Of a stretch of DNA of 64,000 nucleotides, positions 1 through 11,823 are shown one piece after another (position 1 is the stretch's first letter; each line of letters starts with the position of its first letter). The DNA comes from Cetorhinus maximus (taxonomy: Eukaryota). The notes beneath the pieces were generated by a model. The model did no database searches. It had not been told where the DNA came from and saw only the letters and a program-made list of their open reading frames with translations. Where the stretch lies: contig NC_135890.1 of assembly GCF_964194155.1 (NCBI RefSeq), positions 107,136,001 to 107,200,000 of the forward strand. The letters run 5' to 3'. The position numbers and the translations under genes are program-made.

Positions 1-600
1 CCCACTGTCACTTGATCTACTTGGCCCACCTCGTTCCCAAGAACGAGGTCTAGCAGTGCCTCCTTTCTTGTTGGACTGGACACTTACTGCTGTAGGAAAT
101 TCTCCTGAACACAACCTAGGAACGCTTGTCTCTCACTGTCCCTTTCACTACCACTATCCCAGTCTATATACGGGTAACTAAAGTCCCCCGTTATAACTAC
201 TCTACAATGTTTACACCTCTCTGTAATTTCCTTGCAGATTTGTTCCTCTATATCCTTCCCACTAGCTGGTGGTCTGTATATTACTCCAAGCAATGTAATT
301 GCACCTTTCTTATTCCTTAGCTCTAGCCAAATCGATTCCGTCCTTGATCCCTCTGACACATCCTCTTTCTCCAGTACTTCATAGTCTCCTTAACCAAAAA
401 TCCTCCTCCTTTGTTCTCTTTTCTATCTTTTCTGAACACCTTCTAATCAGGAATATTTAACACCCAGATCTGCCCTTTCTTAAGTCAGGTCTCCATTATC
501 GCCACAACATCATAATCCCACAAGACAAGCGTTGCTGTAAATCCCTAATTTTATTAATTATGTGCCATGCATTCACATATGTGCAGTGTAACCCTGATTT
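1..600 (-). mobile_element. CR1-type LINE, endonuclease region, decayed
   Basis: APE-like motifs WLELRNKKGAITLLGVIYRPP and GDFSYPYIDW. Confidence 0.85.
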
Positions 601-1466
601 AGTCTCCATTGCTTGCTCCTTTAATCTGACACCATCTATTAATTTAGTATTCTCTTTGTCTTTTCTTAATTTTATTAACATGGAGAAAGGGTAATCCTTT
701 CATTTGTAAATTTAAACAGTATTTGCCATAACTGGCACTGCTGTCCCCATACCTGTTGCAGCCTTTGTGTGGACAGGGCACCAAATCCTCCGTCTTCCCT
801 GTCAGAATACAACAATACTCTGGAAAATCCAAGAATCCCAGAAACACTCCAGAGTACCTTCAAGACACTTTACAAATGCAGAAGTTCCTCATGTTAGCTT
901 ACCTGCAACTTGGGTGTTTGGCCCTTCAAAGAATGCGAGTGCTAGACCCATCTTGTACGTCTGCACCTGATGTTTGCAGGCTGCTGTATGAATCTGTTGT
1001 CTGGGCCTGAGTGAACCAAATTCAATATCCCTGTTGTCACATCAGTAGTTGGACTGGGTGACAACAGGACAGCGTCGATTCACAGCTCACATGTAGGGGA
1101 AACCCTGGGTGTGCTCTTTTACGAATGGAACTCCGTACAGGAAGCAGCCGCAGCCAAATGGTATATGGCATGACTAAAATGAATTCTATGCTCTTTGTGT
1201 TTGATGTCTCTTGATTAGGCTCCTTGACATTGTCAGCAGCTGCCTCAATGCACTGAGGCTAAACTCAATCTGGTCCCTAATGAGTCCTCAGTGTATCAAT
1301 CAGAGTTATTTCCTTAAAACTCTTGGTTCGGTTAAATCAAAGGAAAATGGTTTCAGATTTTGATCCCTGATGTAACATACATAGATTCACGGACAATTCA
1401 CATTTACAAATTTTCACAAGGCAGAAACAACACAACAGCATTTAGATTTGTATCCAAAGAAACAAC

Positions 1467-1472
1467 TTTATT
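1467..1472 (-). terminator. Poly(A) signal of ISG15-A1 (equivalents 22841-22846, 44230-44235)
   Basis: Minus-strand AATAAA followed by a GT-rich element (tgctgttgtgttgtttctg, ~1440-1422). The region aligns with the 3' end of gene B. Confidence 0.6.
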
Positions 1473-2214
1473 TTCAAGTAACGTTGCACATTTCAATAAA
1501 ATGAACAGCCCGGGCACATAAATTCTGTTATTACAAAAGACTAAGCACACTGACTAAAGCACTTATATATTGGACATCGACATCTACTCACATAAAGTAA
1601 GGCTAAAGGAATACTTGCAGAACATTTAGCATCATTGTTCATTATATACAGTTATTTTGGGTAAATTTCAGTGTATCACAAAAAGCGTCCTATTTCTCCA
1701 TTTCTCATACCAACCACCTTGTGCCACACCCGAGTGGGAATAGAACCGAAAAGAATAATCCTCATGCTGTGAGCGCACGTGCATTAGGTTAACACTGACA
1801 CTCACACAACCTATTTCATAGAGGATATCCACAGACAGCAGGCTTGAGGGAGGTTGGGCCTAATCTGAATTTAGGTCCCAAAGGAAATTGCTTAGTAATC
1901 TTTGGCCTCATGTATAAAATAAAAATATGTTTCCATTCCTTCTTTGAAGGATACCCTCTGCTGCTTTGTCTGACACATTCCGTGTGGGCTATGAGTGCAG
2001 GCAGTGGCCTGCTTCGTAGACAGACACTAATATGTGCATGAACACCCCACTGTTATGAACAAGACAATCGAAGAGTGACAGTCAAAGTATCATTTACTTA
2101 CTAACCGCGATGCTTAAACTCATAGAAATTGCATCAGTGGGAAAAAAACCAACAGATTTTTATCGTAGTTTTTGTGTGATATCTAACACTCATTCCATAT
2201 TGGTGCTGTCTTAG

Positions 2215-2682
2215 TTAACCACCTCGTAGTCGTAGCATGAGGAAGATGGTGCTCTCAGACTGAATATTGTAGTCGGCGAGTGTCAGACCATCCTCCAGCT
2301 GTTTCCCTTCGCACACCAGACGCTGCTGATTGGCTGGGACACCCTCCTGCCGTTGTACCCGTGCTCTAAAATCCCGAACAGACTCAGAGGGAAGAACGTC
2401 ATATGTAGATGTTTTCCCCTTGTCATTCTTCAGGAATATCTGCATGCGCTCCTCGTTCTTGACAATCAGCATGACCTCATGACTGGGAGAGACATTGTAG
2501 TCAGACAGCCTCCTGCTGTCCTGCAGCTCTTCAGTGTTTCCATTTTGCACCACCAGGCGCTGTCGGAAATGGGACACCTTGGTTCTTTCATATATCATCT
2601 TCTTGAGAGCTGACACTTGGATGGAAGGGTCGATATCCAGTTCAATAACCTCACCGGTCATAAACTTCACCCGGAGTCTCAT
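2215..2682 (-). CDS. isg15: ISG15-like di-ubiquitin modifier, type A, copy 1
   Basis: 155 aa with two Ubl domains and no internal LRLRGG. The second domain has the ISG15-type [11 protein letters not shown] and ends LRLRGG-stop. Splice acceptor 12 nt upstream of ATG; ISREs upstream. Confidence 0.9.
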   Translation of the reverse strand: MRLRVKFMTGEVIELDIDPSIQVSALKKMIYERTKVSHFRQRLVVQNGNTEELQDSRRLSDYNVSPSHEVMLIVKNEERMQIFLKNDKGKTSTYDVLPSESVRDFRARVQRQEGVPANQQRLVCEGKQLEDGLTLADYNIQSESTIFLMLRLRGG

Positions 2683-2944
2683 CTTGTCAAATTTCTGTTA
2701 AGAAATGAACAAGATATCAGTGACGGAGATGCTGTGTATTGTGTATCAGTCACATAATACTATTTTGAACATGCAATACATTGTCCAGACAATCATAGAA
2801 TCTAGGGAACTAATGCATTGTGTATTCTGCACCTACTGTACTCCCAACTCAGTCAAACTCCTTTAAGTATTTTATTCTCAATCGGAGCAATGCTGCACAC
2901 AAAGCCATGGACTGCTGCAAATACCGAGCAGCCAGCATCTATGG

Positions 2945-3080
2945 ACAGATCAGAGTCTTTTGGACTTGAAATATGAACTCTGTTTCTCTCTCCACAGACG
3001 CTGCTAGGTCTGTTGAGTTTTACCAGCATTTTCTGTTTTAATTCTGATTTTCTTCTGTTTGTACATTAGATTTCAGCATC
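2945..3080 (+). mobile_element. Single-arm fragment of the same Penelope-type repeat in the gene A intron
   Basis: gagtcttttggacttgaaa...ctctccacagacgctgctaggtctgttgagtttt resembles 17658-17740. Confidence 0.55.
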
Positions 3081-3084
3081 GCTG

Positions 3085-3195
3085 CCAAATCTAGCGTTTA
3101 TTCCGCAAAATTAATTGCCCTTGTGAAGGTGGTGGTGAGCTGCCTTCTTAAACCGCTGCAGTGTGTATGTGGTATAGGTCCCACAAGATGCCTCA
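3085..3195 (-). mobile_element. Short 3' end of the 15464-17106 LINE family in the gene A intron
   Basis: gaaggtggtggtgagctgccttctt is the reverse complement of ~17004-17028. Confidence 0.7.
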
Positions 3196-4260
3196 CTTGC
3201 TCAAATACAACTTTGATGTTCAGGGCAGTCACTCTCACTTCTAGAATTTATCTGTTTTGTCACCTTTGGTTCAAGTTGTAAAGAGGTGTGGAACTCAGTG
3301 GTGGTCCAAGGAGAACCCAAAATGAGATGAGTTAACATTTCAGGTGTAAATCCTTTGTGGGAATTGGAAGATATAAAAATGATCCCATTCCTCACATGTT
3401 TCGCCGGCTCACCCACGTTCCCATATCTGCAACATTTCGATGTCATGTCTGTTTTCCAGTTTGAATGAGGCAGAAACTGAGTTAGAAATATTTGTGCAAC
3501 TTATATTCTGAATTTATGTTGGAGTATTGAATCTATCCGGCATCTGCTGCGCACACAGTTGCAATACTCGGTTTTGGCCACAAGAGTGACTCAAGTAACG
3601 TGTAACATGAGCCGTGAATGAACGGGCTTCACTTGTGGGGAGCGCTGAACATTTAAACAGCCAACAGCAGAGTTCTCTAAACCAGGAACGATGTAACTGT
3701 TCTTCGTTGTGCAGAATTCCATCACAGCTTCGTTCGTTTTAGACACTGCACTCATGATGAAATTAGATTTGTCAGGCTGCCCAAAACCTACATTTGCCCT
3801 GGGAATACAGGAATGATTTATCTCACTCACATCTCTCTCACTGTTTAACTTTGGTTATATTCTCTTGCACTGTCGCCACATTGAGAGGATATTATTTTAT
3901 CTTAAATTGACTGTGAGATTCAATATAACCCATTCGAGCTCCCAACATAAATTCAACCTCAGACGTATCTTACTATATTGTTTTAAAAAAGCAATGACCC
4001 TTGTAATCTTAGTTAATGAATGTTTAATGTATTATTTCGAATATTTGAACAGCCCCCGTTAGAATATCTGAGAACGGGTGTCACATAAACATTAGATCTG
4101 TGTCTCCAACAGGATTGAGTTTTTCAATGATTTTCTTTCCATTCTCACCGGGTTTTAATAATATTAATTTATCAGAAATTGCATCTGAGATTCAGAACAA
4201 TGCAATTTCCACACCAGAAACAGAATATTGAAATTGCCCCGAAAGGCAGAATGAACTCAC

Positions 4261-4455
4261 AGTCCTTGCTGGAAGCACAGGTCCGGGAAAGTTCAGCTGC
4301 TGAATAATTTCTGATGCACTTTTTCTGCGCAGTTGGTCCTTTCTGTTTCCCTTCGCACCGACTCTCAGATCTGGACGGAGTATGTGAATCAAGCTCTTTG
4401 CTTCTGCTGCTCTGTATCTTGCTCTGTGCGTCTCTCCGTTAAACAACTCTGTCTG
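4261..4455 (-). other. Predicted non-coding exon 1 of ISG15-A1 (TSS approximate)
   Basis: Lies between a TATA-like AATAAAA (4486-4480) and the GTGAGT donor, contains no ATG, and is homologous to 11824-12020 of gene B. Confidence 0.6.
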
Positions 4456-4479
4456 CGCGCGTCTCCGGCTCCCTCCTCC

Positions 4480-4696
4480 TTTTATTCTCAGACCCGGTTT
4501 CCGAACGTCGCAGCCCCGCTGTCCTCTAATTGTCGGAAATCCCCTGTTCTGTTATGAAATAAATGTGATCGGAGCTGAAGTTTCGTTTTCCGAAAACTTC
4601 TCCCCCCAGTGTCTGACAAATGATCTCTCAGCCAGCAGCAGAGCATTCTTGCTGATAACAGGAAATGGCCTCTGATCTGTTTCGTTTTCCATTTCC
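4480..4696 (-). promoter_or_regulatory. ISG15-A1 promoter: TATA-like box, NF-kB site, two ISREs
   Basis: AATAAAA 4486-4480; GGGGATTTCC (minus) 4544-4535; AGTTTCGTTTTCC 4579-4591 matching AGTTTCNNTTTC; GTTTCGTTTTCCATTTCC 4679-4696 with three GAAA half-sites. Confidence 0.8.
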
Positions 4697-4870
4697 TTCA
4701 GTAACACAATGTAGAGCATCTTCAGCCGAAAGTGAGCCTGGAGGATTCGATGCTCTGTTGCCATCAGCCGTTTGAACAGCTGTTACTCTTAGAAATTTCA
4801 TCTGGACCCAATGTTTTCTTTGAAAAACGATCTTTATTTTTAGGAGTGTGAGGTGATGCTTTTTGGGAGG

Positions 4871-5640
4871 ACTAACACGGCAAGGGAATCCACAATGAAT
4901 GGTAGGACCTTAGACAGTACAGAGGATCAGAGGGACCTTGGTGTACATGTCCATAGATCCCAGAAGGCAGCAGCACAGTAGATAAGGTGGTTAAGAAGGC
5001 ATATGGGATGCTTGCCCTTGTTAGCCGAGGCATGGAACATAAGATTAGGGAGGTTATGTTGGAGTTGTATAAAACGCTAGTTAGACTACAGCTGGAGTAG
5101 TGTGTGCAGTTCTGGTCACCACCCATATGGGAAGGATGTGATTGCACTGGAGAGGGTGCAGAGGAGATTCACCAGGATGTTGCCTGGGCTGGAGCGTTTC
5201 AGCTATTAAGATAGACTGGATAGGCTAGGGTTGTTTTCCTTAGAGCAGACAAGACTGAGGGGGGACCTGATAGAGGTATCCAAAATTATGAGGGGCATAG
5301 ATAGGGTAGATAGGGAGAAACCTTTCCCCTTAGCAGAGGTATCAATAACCAGGGGGCATAGATTTAAGGTAAGGGGCAGGATGTTTAGAGGGGATCTGAG
5401 GGAAACTTTTTTCACCCAGAGGGTGGTTGGAATCTGGAACACACTGCCAGAGGGGGTGGTAGAGGTGGGAACCCTCAGAACATTTAAAAATTATTTAGAT
5501 GGGCACTTGAAATGCCACAGCATACAGGGCTACAGGCCAAGTGCTGGAAAATGCGATGGGAAAAGTTAGGTGCTTGATGGCCAGAACAGACACGATGGGC
5601 TGATGTGCCTGTTTCCGTTCTGTATAACTCTATGACTATC
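4871..5640 (+). mobile_element. 5'-truncated CR1 LINE 3' fragment (equivalents ~26243-27012, ~47641-48410)
   Basis: ORF2 C-terminal motifs FSLEQTRLRGDLIEV, TRGH and FFTQRVV; ctctatgact tail. A second short CR1/SINE 3' end lies at ~5870-5952. Confidence 0.85.
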
Positions 5641-6639
5641 AAGCACTCATTCTAACACAGACCCTATGATGAAAGGCACTTCCTGTGACACGTCAATATA
5701 AGGAAACAGGGAAGGGATTACAGTGATATGGCTGGTATAGCAGGGTGGCATCTCCACATTGGCACCAGTGATGTAAATTATAAAATTCTTGATTTTTTAC
5801 AGATTGAGGAGCAGGTACAAAAACTGAATTTGGCACACAGTGTCCTGTGTCCCGAGCAGTGATACATAGATAAGTGCTTGATGGCTGGCACAGACACGAT
5901 GGGCTGAAGGGCCTGTTTCTGTGCTGTATAACCACATGACGCTACGACTCTAAGACGGTACAGTATTTCTTGGGCGGCTGCCTGAGTTGAGTTGGTTTAT
6001 GTGAGATTTGGGGAGAGTGAGAGAAGGTGAAGGTGAGGTTGATGAGACCTGATTTGAATGGCAGAGCCAGTTCAAAGGACTAAGCCTCTACTCCTTCTGA
6101 TGTTCTTGTTTGATTTGACAGTGCAGCAATATTGTAAAAAGCTTGTCAAATGAAAGATTGCTTCTATTCTGAACTGATAGTGAGGGTGATTGCAGATTGA
6201 ACTACAGATCTAGAGCCAACCCAAAGGGGCAGTGGAGTCAGTTCTCCTCTTAAAAATTAAGTTAGACATTTTGGCTGAGATAATCATCTTAGTCTGATGT
6301 AGCATGTAACTGAGCTGGAGAGGCTCTCCATCAAAAGTGTGCCCTCAAAATGGCTGCTGTAATACCCTTTCCATGATCTTATTCTGATTTTCTTCCACCT
6401 TCTGGAAACAAATTAACTCTTGCAATTAAATGAAGCAAGGGAGTGGGGTCCCCATATTTCCCTTTCTTTGTGCCCAGTTACCATCCCTGAAAATCAGCAC
6501 CAGTTTACCATTGGCAGTTCTTAACCGATCAGAGATAGGGAAGGTGAAGAGGAGAAAGGTGCTGGAGGCCAATCAGGATGAAGGTGCCGAGAAGTAAGGT
6601 GGGTCCAAACACCTCATGAGCATCAAACAGGCGCGAGCA

Positions 6640-7250
6640 CTGATCCTTGCAGCACCCGGCTAGTTACATCCTGCCAACCAGAAAATGGCCCGTTTATTGC
6701 TACTCTCTGTTTTCTGACCATTAACCGATTCTGAGTTCATGTAATATATTAGCCCCAATCCCATGAGCCCCAATCTTTTGAAATAAACTCATTGGCGGTA
6801 GCTTATTGAATGCCTTTGGATAATCCAATTAAAATAAATCCACTGGTTCCTCCTCATCTACCCTGCAACTCAGAACCTCAACAAACCTCAACAAACTTTA
6901 ACATAATGTATAGAACACAGTTTCCCTTTCATACACCCATGCTGACTTTGACCAATCAAATTATGATTTTATAAGTGCCCTATTATCATGTCCCTAATAA
7001 CAAATTGTCGCACATTCCTTTCTGTTGATGTCAGGTTAACTGGCCTATACTCCTTCCTGATTCTTTCTCCCTTCGTTTCTTGAATAGTGGGTTTATGTTT
7101 GATCCTCCCAATCCATGAGGAGTGTTTGAGTATCTATTGAATCCTGCAAGACCCAGTGTGCCCACTATCTCTGTAGCCAGATCTTTTACCCCCTATGAAG
7201 GCGGCGATGGGTCCAGGGAATCTGTTGCCTTTTCGTCCCATGAATTTCTC
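6640..7250 (-). mobile_element. Old decayed CR1 RT-region fragment (equivalents ~28010-28620, ~49410-50020)
   Basis: The reverse complement resembles the CR1 RT region at 13300-13780 (e.g. caggccagttaacctgac, agagagtagcaataaacggg). Confidence 0.55.
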
Positions 7251-7374
7251 TCGTACTTTTTTCAGGATACAATTAGATTAATCCTGGGGATTTTAATTTT
7301 CATAGCGACTGGACGAAATAAATCTGCTGTAGTAATGTGGGGGATAAGGTTATAGAATGCAGTCAAAAATATTT

Positions 7375-8015
7375 TCTAGATCAGTGTCAGCAACCAGCCA
7401 CAAGGAGAGGTCCCTAAATCTGGCAGTAGATAGGAAACACAATCTTGGGGACTCCTGGGTGTGGCTCCAGAGAACAATATCCATCCCTCTGATTATACTG
7501 TCCTCTGCCATTACCACATTCCTTCCCCACAGCTTGCCCTCAACATTAATGGCCTCATGTATCATGGTTCTGTGGTCAGTTTTCTCATCCACCAGATTTT
7601 TTTATCATTCAGACAGGCAGCAGGAAGCCCATGCCTGTTAGATAAGGACAATGGCTGAGGTCCCCTGCACTGCACGATTGTGCTACGCTGTCTATGTTCC
7701 TATTTTCTTATCCACCTTGTGTCTCCTTACTAACCTGACCCGCAGCCACACCCTCCTGTCCCTGACCACTATTTAGACACTATGGGGCACTACGTAACTT
7801 AAGGAGTGTGACTGCCTCTTGGATGAAGTGTCCAGCTAACAGTCTTCCTCCCTAATGCCCCACAATGCCTGCATCTCGGACTGAAGCTCGACAAGTCGAA
7901 AGTTGAACTTCCTTGAGGTTCAGACACTTACTGTGGATGTGGTTGTCAGCAATTGCAATGCTGTCCACAAACTCCCACATGCTGCTGTTGTTGCAAAGCA
8001 CCTGCAATGCCATCA
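7375..8015 (-). mobile_element. CR1 ORF1 remnant: SGNH esterase-like and N-terminal Zn-finger-like (equivalents ~28745-29390, ~50145-50790)
   Basis: RNVVMAEDSIIRGMD...ESPRLCFLSTARFRDLS resembles the CR1 ORF1 GDS...CLPGARVRDV motif; MWE...KC upstream. Confidence 0.65.
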
Positions 8016-8789
8016 CCAGCTAACCCAGTTTTATTTATTTCATTAATTAACATTTATGCATTTAAACAACTTAGCTTATTTTGTTAACCTTTACGATATA
8101 GTTTTAAGTGATTGGTATATTGATATTTATCTGTAAATTACCCATTTCCTCCCCATGCTGTGATGTCACTTTGTGAATGCAACAAAGCCCTGAGTTTACC
8201 AGCACTTCTGGCCATTTATGAAGCAGTCATTGGCAGCATTCCCAAAAAAAACACAACTGCTTTGATTTGAAAGCCTCTTGTTGAATCCTTTGGCTGCATT
8301 GAGTTTCTGGAATGTCTCAGTCACCAGGGTGTCCCTGACATTATGCCACACCTCCAGCTTTGCATTGCAATGTGGGTGTGGTCTCTCATGATTCAGCTTT
8401 AGCACTGCATGAGAAACCACCGTCTCCACTAGCTGCACGAGATGTATGCTCACGAAACATTGATCTGTTAAAGCCTGTACCCTGATATCTTTATGTTTGG
8501 TTCCTTCACCAAGGAAGAGATTTCTGTCCCCTCCAGGGAGAGAAAACTGTTTCCCTGTCATTTCCTCCCAGTTCTGTCTGCTCCCTGGTGCACCGTGAAC
8601 CACCAACTGATAAGCTTCCACCTCAGTAATTCCCTTGTCTCAAGTAAGTGCATCGGGGCAGGTGTTTGAATAAGCAAGTTGTCTCTTGGAAGTTTCTAGT
8701 ATTCCAAACTGGAATAATTAGAAAAGCATATTTCCTTAATTATTAAATGTGACCAGTGTGAACTTAATTTTTGTATAAATTGCTGCCTT

Positions 8790-8900
8790 AGTCTCAGAAT
8801 GACAAAATCACACAGTGCAGAAGAGGCCCTTTGGCCCATTGAGTCTACACCGACATGGGAGAAATCCCCGACCTACCCACCTAATCCCATTTACCATAAT
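8790..8900 (-). mobile_element. Short CR1/SINE 3' end
   Basis: cagtgcagaagaggccctttggcccattgagtct is the reverse complement of the CR1 3' terminal motif seen at 5590-5630 and 14735-14750. Confidence 0.55.
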
Positions 8901-9415
8901 TAATACTCTTAGTTGATCGCTCAGTAAAGAATCAATACAGACATGATTAGCCAATAGTTCTGTGTTGTAAATCTTTATCGTTCTCACAAAAACCTGAGTA
9001 TTTGATATTTTTACCCAAAGCTGTGATGCTGTGAGAACCATTGAGATTGTCCAGTCTGAGCATGTGCAGACTGAATGTTTTGGTACAATTTGTTGATCGG
9101 CTCGCCGGCTGCCTCCGTTCCTGATCCCATCAGGGCCTAAAAATCCTGCCCAGATTCTCTAACATATCATGTGAAAGGCCACAGAAGATCAACCGGTACA
9201 ATATAATTAATATAATTAAACAGTGGTAAATATGGGCTGGTGATCTGGGCTGGTGTGATTCTTCAATATTGTCCATAGGTGTCTCATTCATAGCTGATTG
9301 TCCCATCAACACTTGTTAGGGTAAATGATCATAACCTAGGTTTAAATATGCATCCCGGATGGAATGCAGGGAAAGCCACAGACAATACAGACAGATAGAA
9401 ACACACATTCCAATT

Positions 9416-9421
9416 TTTATT
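9416..9421 (-). terminator. Poly(A) signal of ISG15-B1 (equivalents 30807-30812, 52185-52190)
   Basis: Minus-strand AATAAA followed by GT-rich tgtgtgtttctatctgtctgt. An AGTAAA at 9439-9434 sits at the position homologous to the A signal. Confidence 0.55.
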
Positions 9422-10284
9422 AAAATGGACAACTTTACTTTCAAATCACATTGGGTATTTTGGCAAATACAATGTGCAGGCCTGACATCCTCTGCTCTTA
9501 CACAACACTAAGCACCCAGATTAAAGCATTCCAATGTTAAACACATACAATTTTCCAAGAACACATTAAGGTTAAAGCAATTACTTGTAGATGACCTTAA
9601 GTCATTTTAAAATGAAGCTGGAAGACACTCATTGTTGATCCTTTGGAATTTTTGGCATGGCCCCTCCTATTCAGTGAAAGAGCTTTGGAATTGCCACATC
9701 AGCTAACTAATGGTCTCTGAGAGTGAGAAGGCGTATTCGTACTGAATGAGAGACAAGTTTGGAGCTGTGGATCAGGGACTGGATCATTATTGGCCTAAAT
9801 CTTCAGTAGAATTTTGAAGAGTAACAGAACATACTTTTGACCAATGATCGGCCAGGATTGATGTGAATCAAAGTATCACGAGTCAATGATCAGAATGGAA
9901 CACGTTGCATTAGCAGTCCCCCCGAATCCTTCTATATTATTAATTAAGTTGCTGACCCTTGTAAAAATTGTGTCCAATGTCTTGTACCTGCATCTTTCCT
10001 CAGGTGGGAATGCAGGAAGGTGACCTGCACCCAGGCCTCAGTTGGTATCATTTCCTAGCCAATCATTATCTGTTGAATAAACTTCCTGTTGTTATGGGAA
10101 CTGGGGCAGACAGGAATAAGATTCAAAAGTATCATGGACAAGTCAGTGACTGTGCAACCTGGGACTCTTACTAACTGCAGCTGAGAAAACAGGAGTATAT
10201 GAAAAAATTGATCAATTGAGGCACTATAAATAATTTACTTCTGTAATAGCTAGAGTTCATGGTATAAACCGCTGCAAGTGCAGG

Positions 10285-10752
10285 TTAACCACCTCGTAGA
10301 CGGAGCATGAGGAAGATGGTGCTCTCAGGCTGAATATTGTAGTCGGCGAGTGTCCGACCATCCTCCAGCTGTTTCCCCTCGCAAACCAGACGCTGCTGAC
10401 TGGCTGGGACACCCTCCTGCCGTTGTACCCGTGCTCTAAAATCCTGAACAGACTCAGAAGGAAGAACGTCATATGTAGATGTTTTCCCCTTGTCATTCTT
10501 CAGGAATATCTGCATCCGCTCCTCGTTCTTGACAATCAGCATGACAGCATCGCTGGGAGAGACATTGTAGTCACACAGCCTCTTGTTGTCCTTCAGCTCC
10601 ACAGTGCTCCCATTTTGCACCACCAGGCGCTGTTGGAAATAGGGCACATTGGCTTTTTTGTATATCATCATCTTGAGAGCCGAGATTTGGATGGAAGGGT
10701 CAACATCAAGTTCAATATCTTCACCGGTCAAAAACCTCACCTGGAGTCTCAT
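10285..10752 (-). CDS. isg15: ISG15-like di-ubiquitin modifier, type B, copy 1
   Basis: 155 aa, same architecture as type A with a divergent N-terminal Ubl, ends LRLRGG-stop. Acceptor (taacag) 12 nt upstream of ATG. Confidence 0.9.
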   Translation of the reverse strand: MRLQVRFLTGEDIELDVDPSIQISALKMMIYKKANVPYFQQRLVVQNGSTVELKDNKRLCDYNVSPSDAVMLIVKNEERMQIFLKNDKGKTSTYDVLPSESVQDFRARVQRQEGVPASQQRLVCEGKQLEDGRTLADYNIQPESTIFLMLRLRGG

Positions 10753-10764
10753 CTTGTCAAATTG

Positions 10765-11823
10765 CTGTTAAGAGATGAACAGGATGTCAGTGATGGGGAC
10801 ACTTTATATCACGAGTCAATTGCTAAGAATGAATGAAAGAATTTAACACGCAAGACGCATTGTCCCAGGCATTGGCTGCAAGCGCAGAAGCTGAGGGGTA
10901 ACTGTTGTGTAAATTTCATCTGCAATAATAGCAACATCTGGCTTCCTACATGATACCTGAATCGCCTAGACACCAATCTTCACCAACTCCTCCCTTCCTG
11001 CCAGACAAAAAGCACCAGATTCACATATCTGTTCCCCTGATTGCATTTGGCTTTGTCTTTGCTGCTCTATGCTGACTTGTTAAAATATTCAGAAACCCCC
11101 TGGGATCTGCGTACTGAGCTGCAATGCTAGCATCTGTCTGAAGTAGCCCTCAGTGAGCTGTGTAATGTGGCACAGTCTGTGTTTGGGTTCATGGGGAGAT
11201 AAGAACATGGGCTTGGAAATTCTGTGAGTTTCTCTTAATCTTGCACCATAGCTTCAGCAATTCATCAATGGAGTCTAAGAGAATGGGTGTAAATGAAGGA
11301 AAATGACTGTAAGTTTCACCTTCAAATTAAAGGAACCATTTGTATAACTCTCTAAACCAGAAGACAGGGCATCCCCAGTCCAGTAGTAAAAAAAAAGTAC
11401 CCTATTGTTGAGTAGAATTTTCTCTTTTGATGCAAGCGGTCTATGAATGAAATCTGTACAGTTATGACACACCAAGCAGCAGAGAGTTATTCTGTCCAGA
11501 AATGCTTCCTCTCAGATTCAGACTTACATAATGCATTCTATTGAAAAACAAAAACTACTTTGCTGATATTAGACAATGAATGTTTAATGCATTAGTTTAA
11601 ATTTCCATCTTTAAAATAGCAGACAAAGGGGTGGCACATAAACATGTTAAGTTGTTATCGCCTTGTATTGTCTTCAATAACTCACAGGCTATGCTTTTTA
11701 AATTAACCTGACCCAGTTCAGAGAATATTAAGAACTTATTTTAAATGGTGAGTTTCATTCAAAATGACTTATTTTAAAACCCAGAATTAGAATATTGAAA
11801 TTTCTAAATAAAAGACAGGATAC
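10765..11823 (-). other. Predicted 5'UTR intron of ISG15-B1
   Basis: Acceptor ttcatctcttaacAG at 10766-10765. Candidate donor cag|GTATCC at 11823, next to the position homologous to the A donor; the exact donor is uncertain. Confidence 0.55.

Larger units (their letters stand above)
2695..4260 (-). other. Predicted 5'UTR intron of ISG15-A1 (equivalents ~24067-25632, ~45458-47021)
   Basis: On the minus strand, donor GTGAGT at 4260-4255 and acceptor ttcatttcttaacAG at 2696-2695, 12 nt before ATG. Confidence 0.7.

Noticed and set aside
1250-1295. Inverted repeat cactgagg...cctcagtg with ctaatgag as a possible ribozyme
   Set aside because: Only an 8-10 bp stem and no GAAA/stem II arrangement; compatible with chance.
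2215-2682. Polyubiquitin, FAT10/UBD, or the terminal Ubl exon of an OASL-like gene
   Set aside because: There is no LRLRGG after domain 1 and the repeats are divergent, so not polyubiquitin. The C-terminus is not FAT10-like. No OAS coding exons are present in the unit, and an ISRE promoter with an ATG-free exon lies just upstream.
10423-10836. Antisense ORFs overlapping ISG15 (also 2353-2613 and copies)
   Set aside because: Shadow frames of the real CDS, with non-ATG starts and no recognisable domain.
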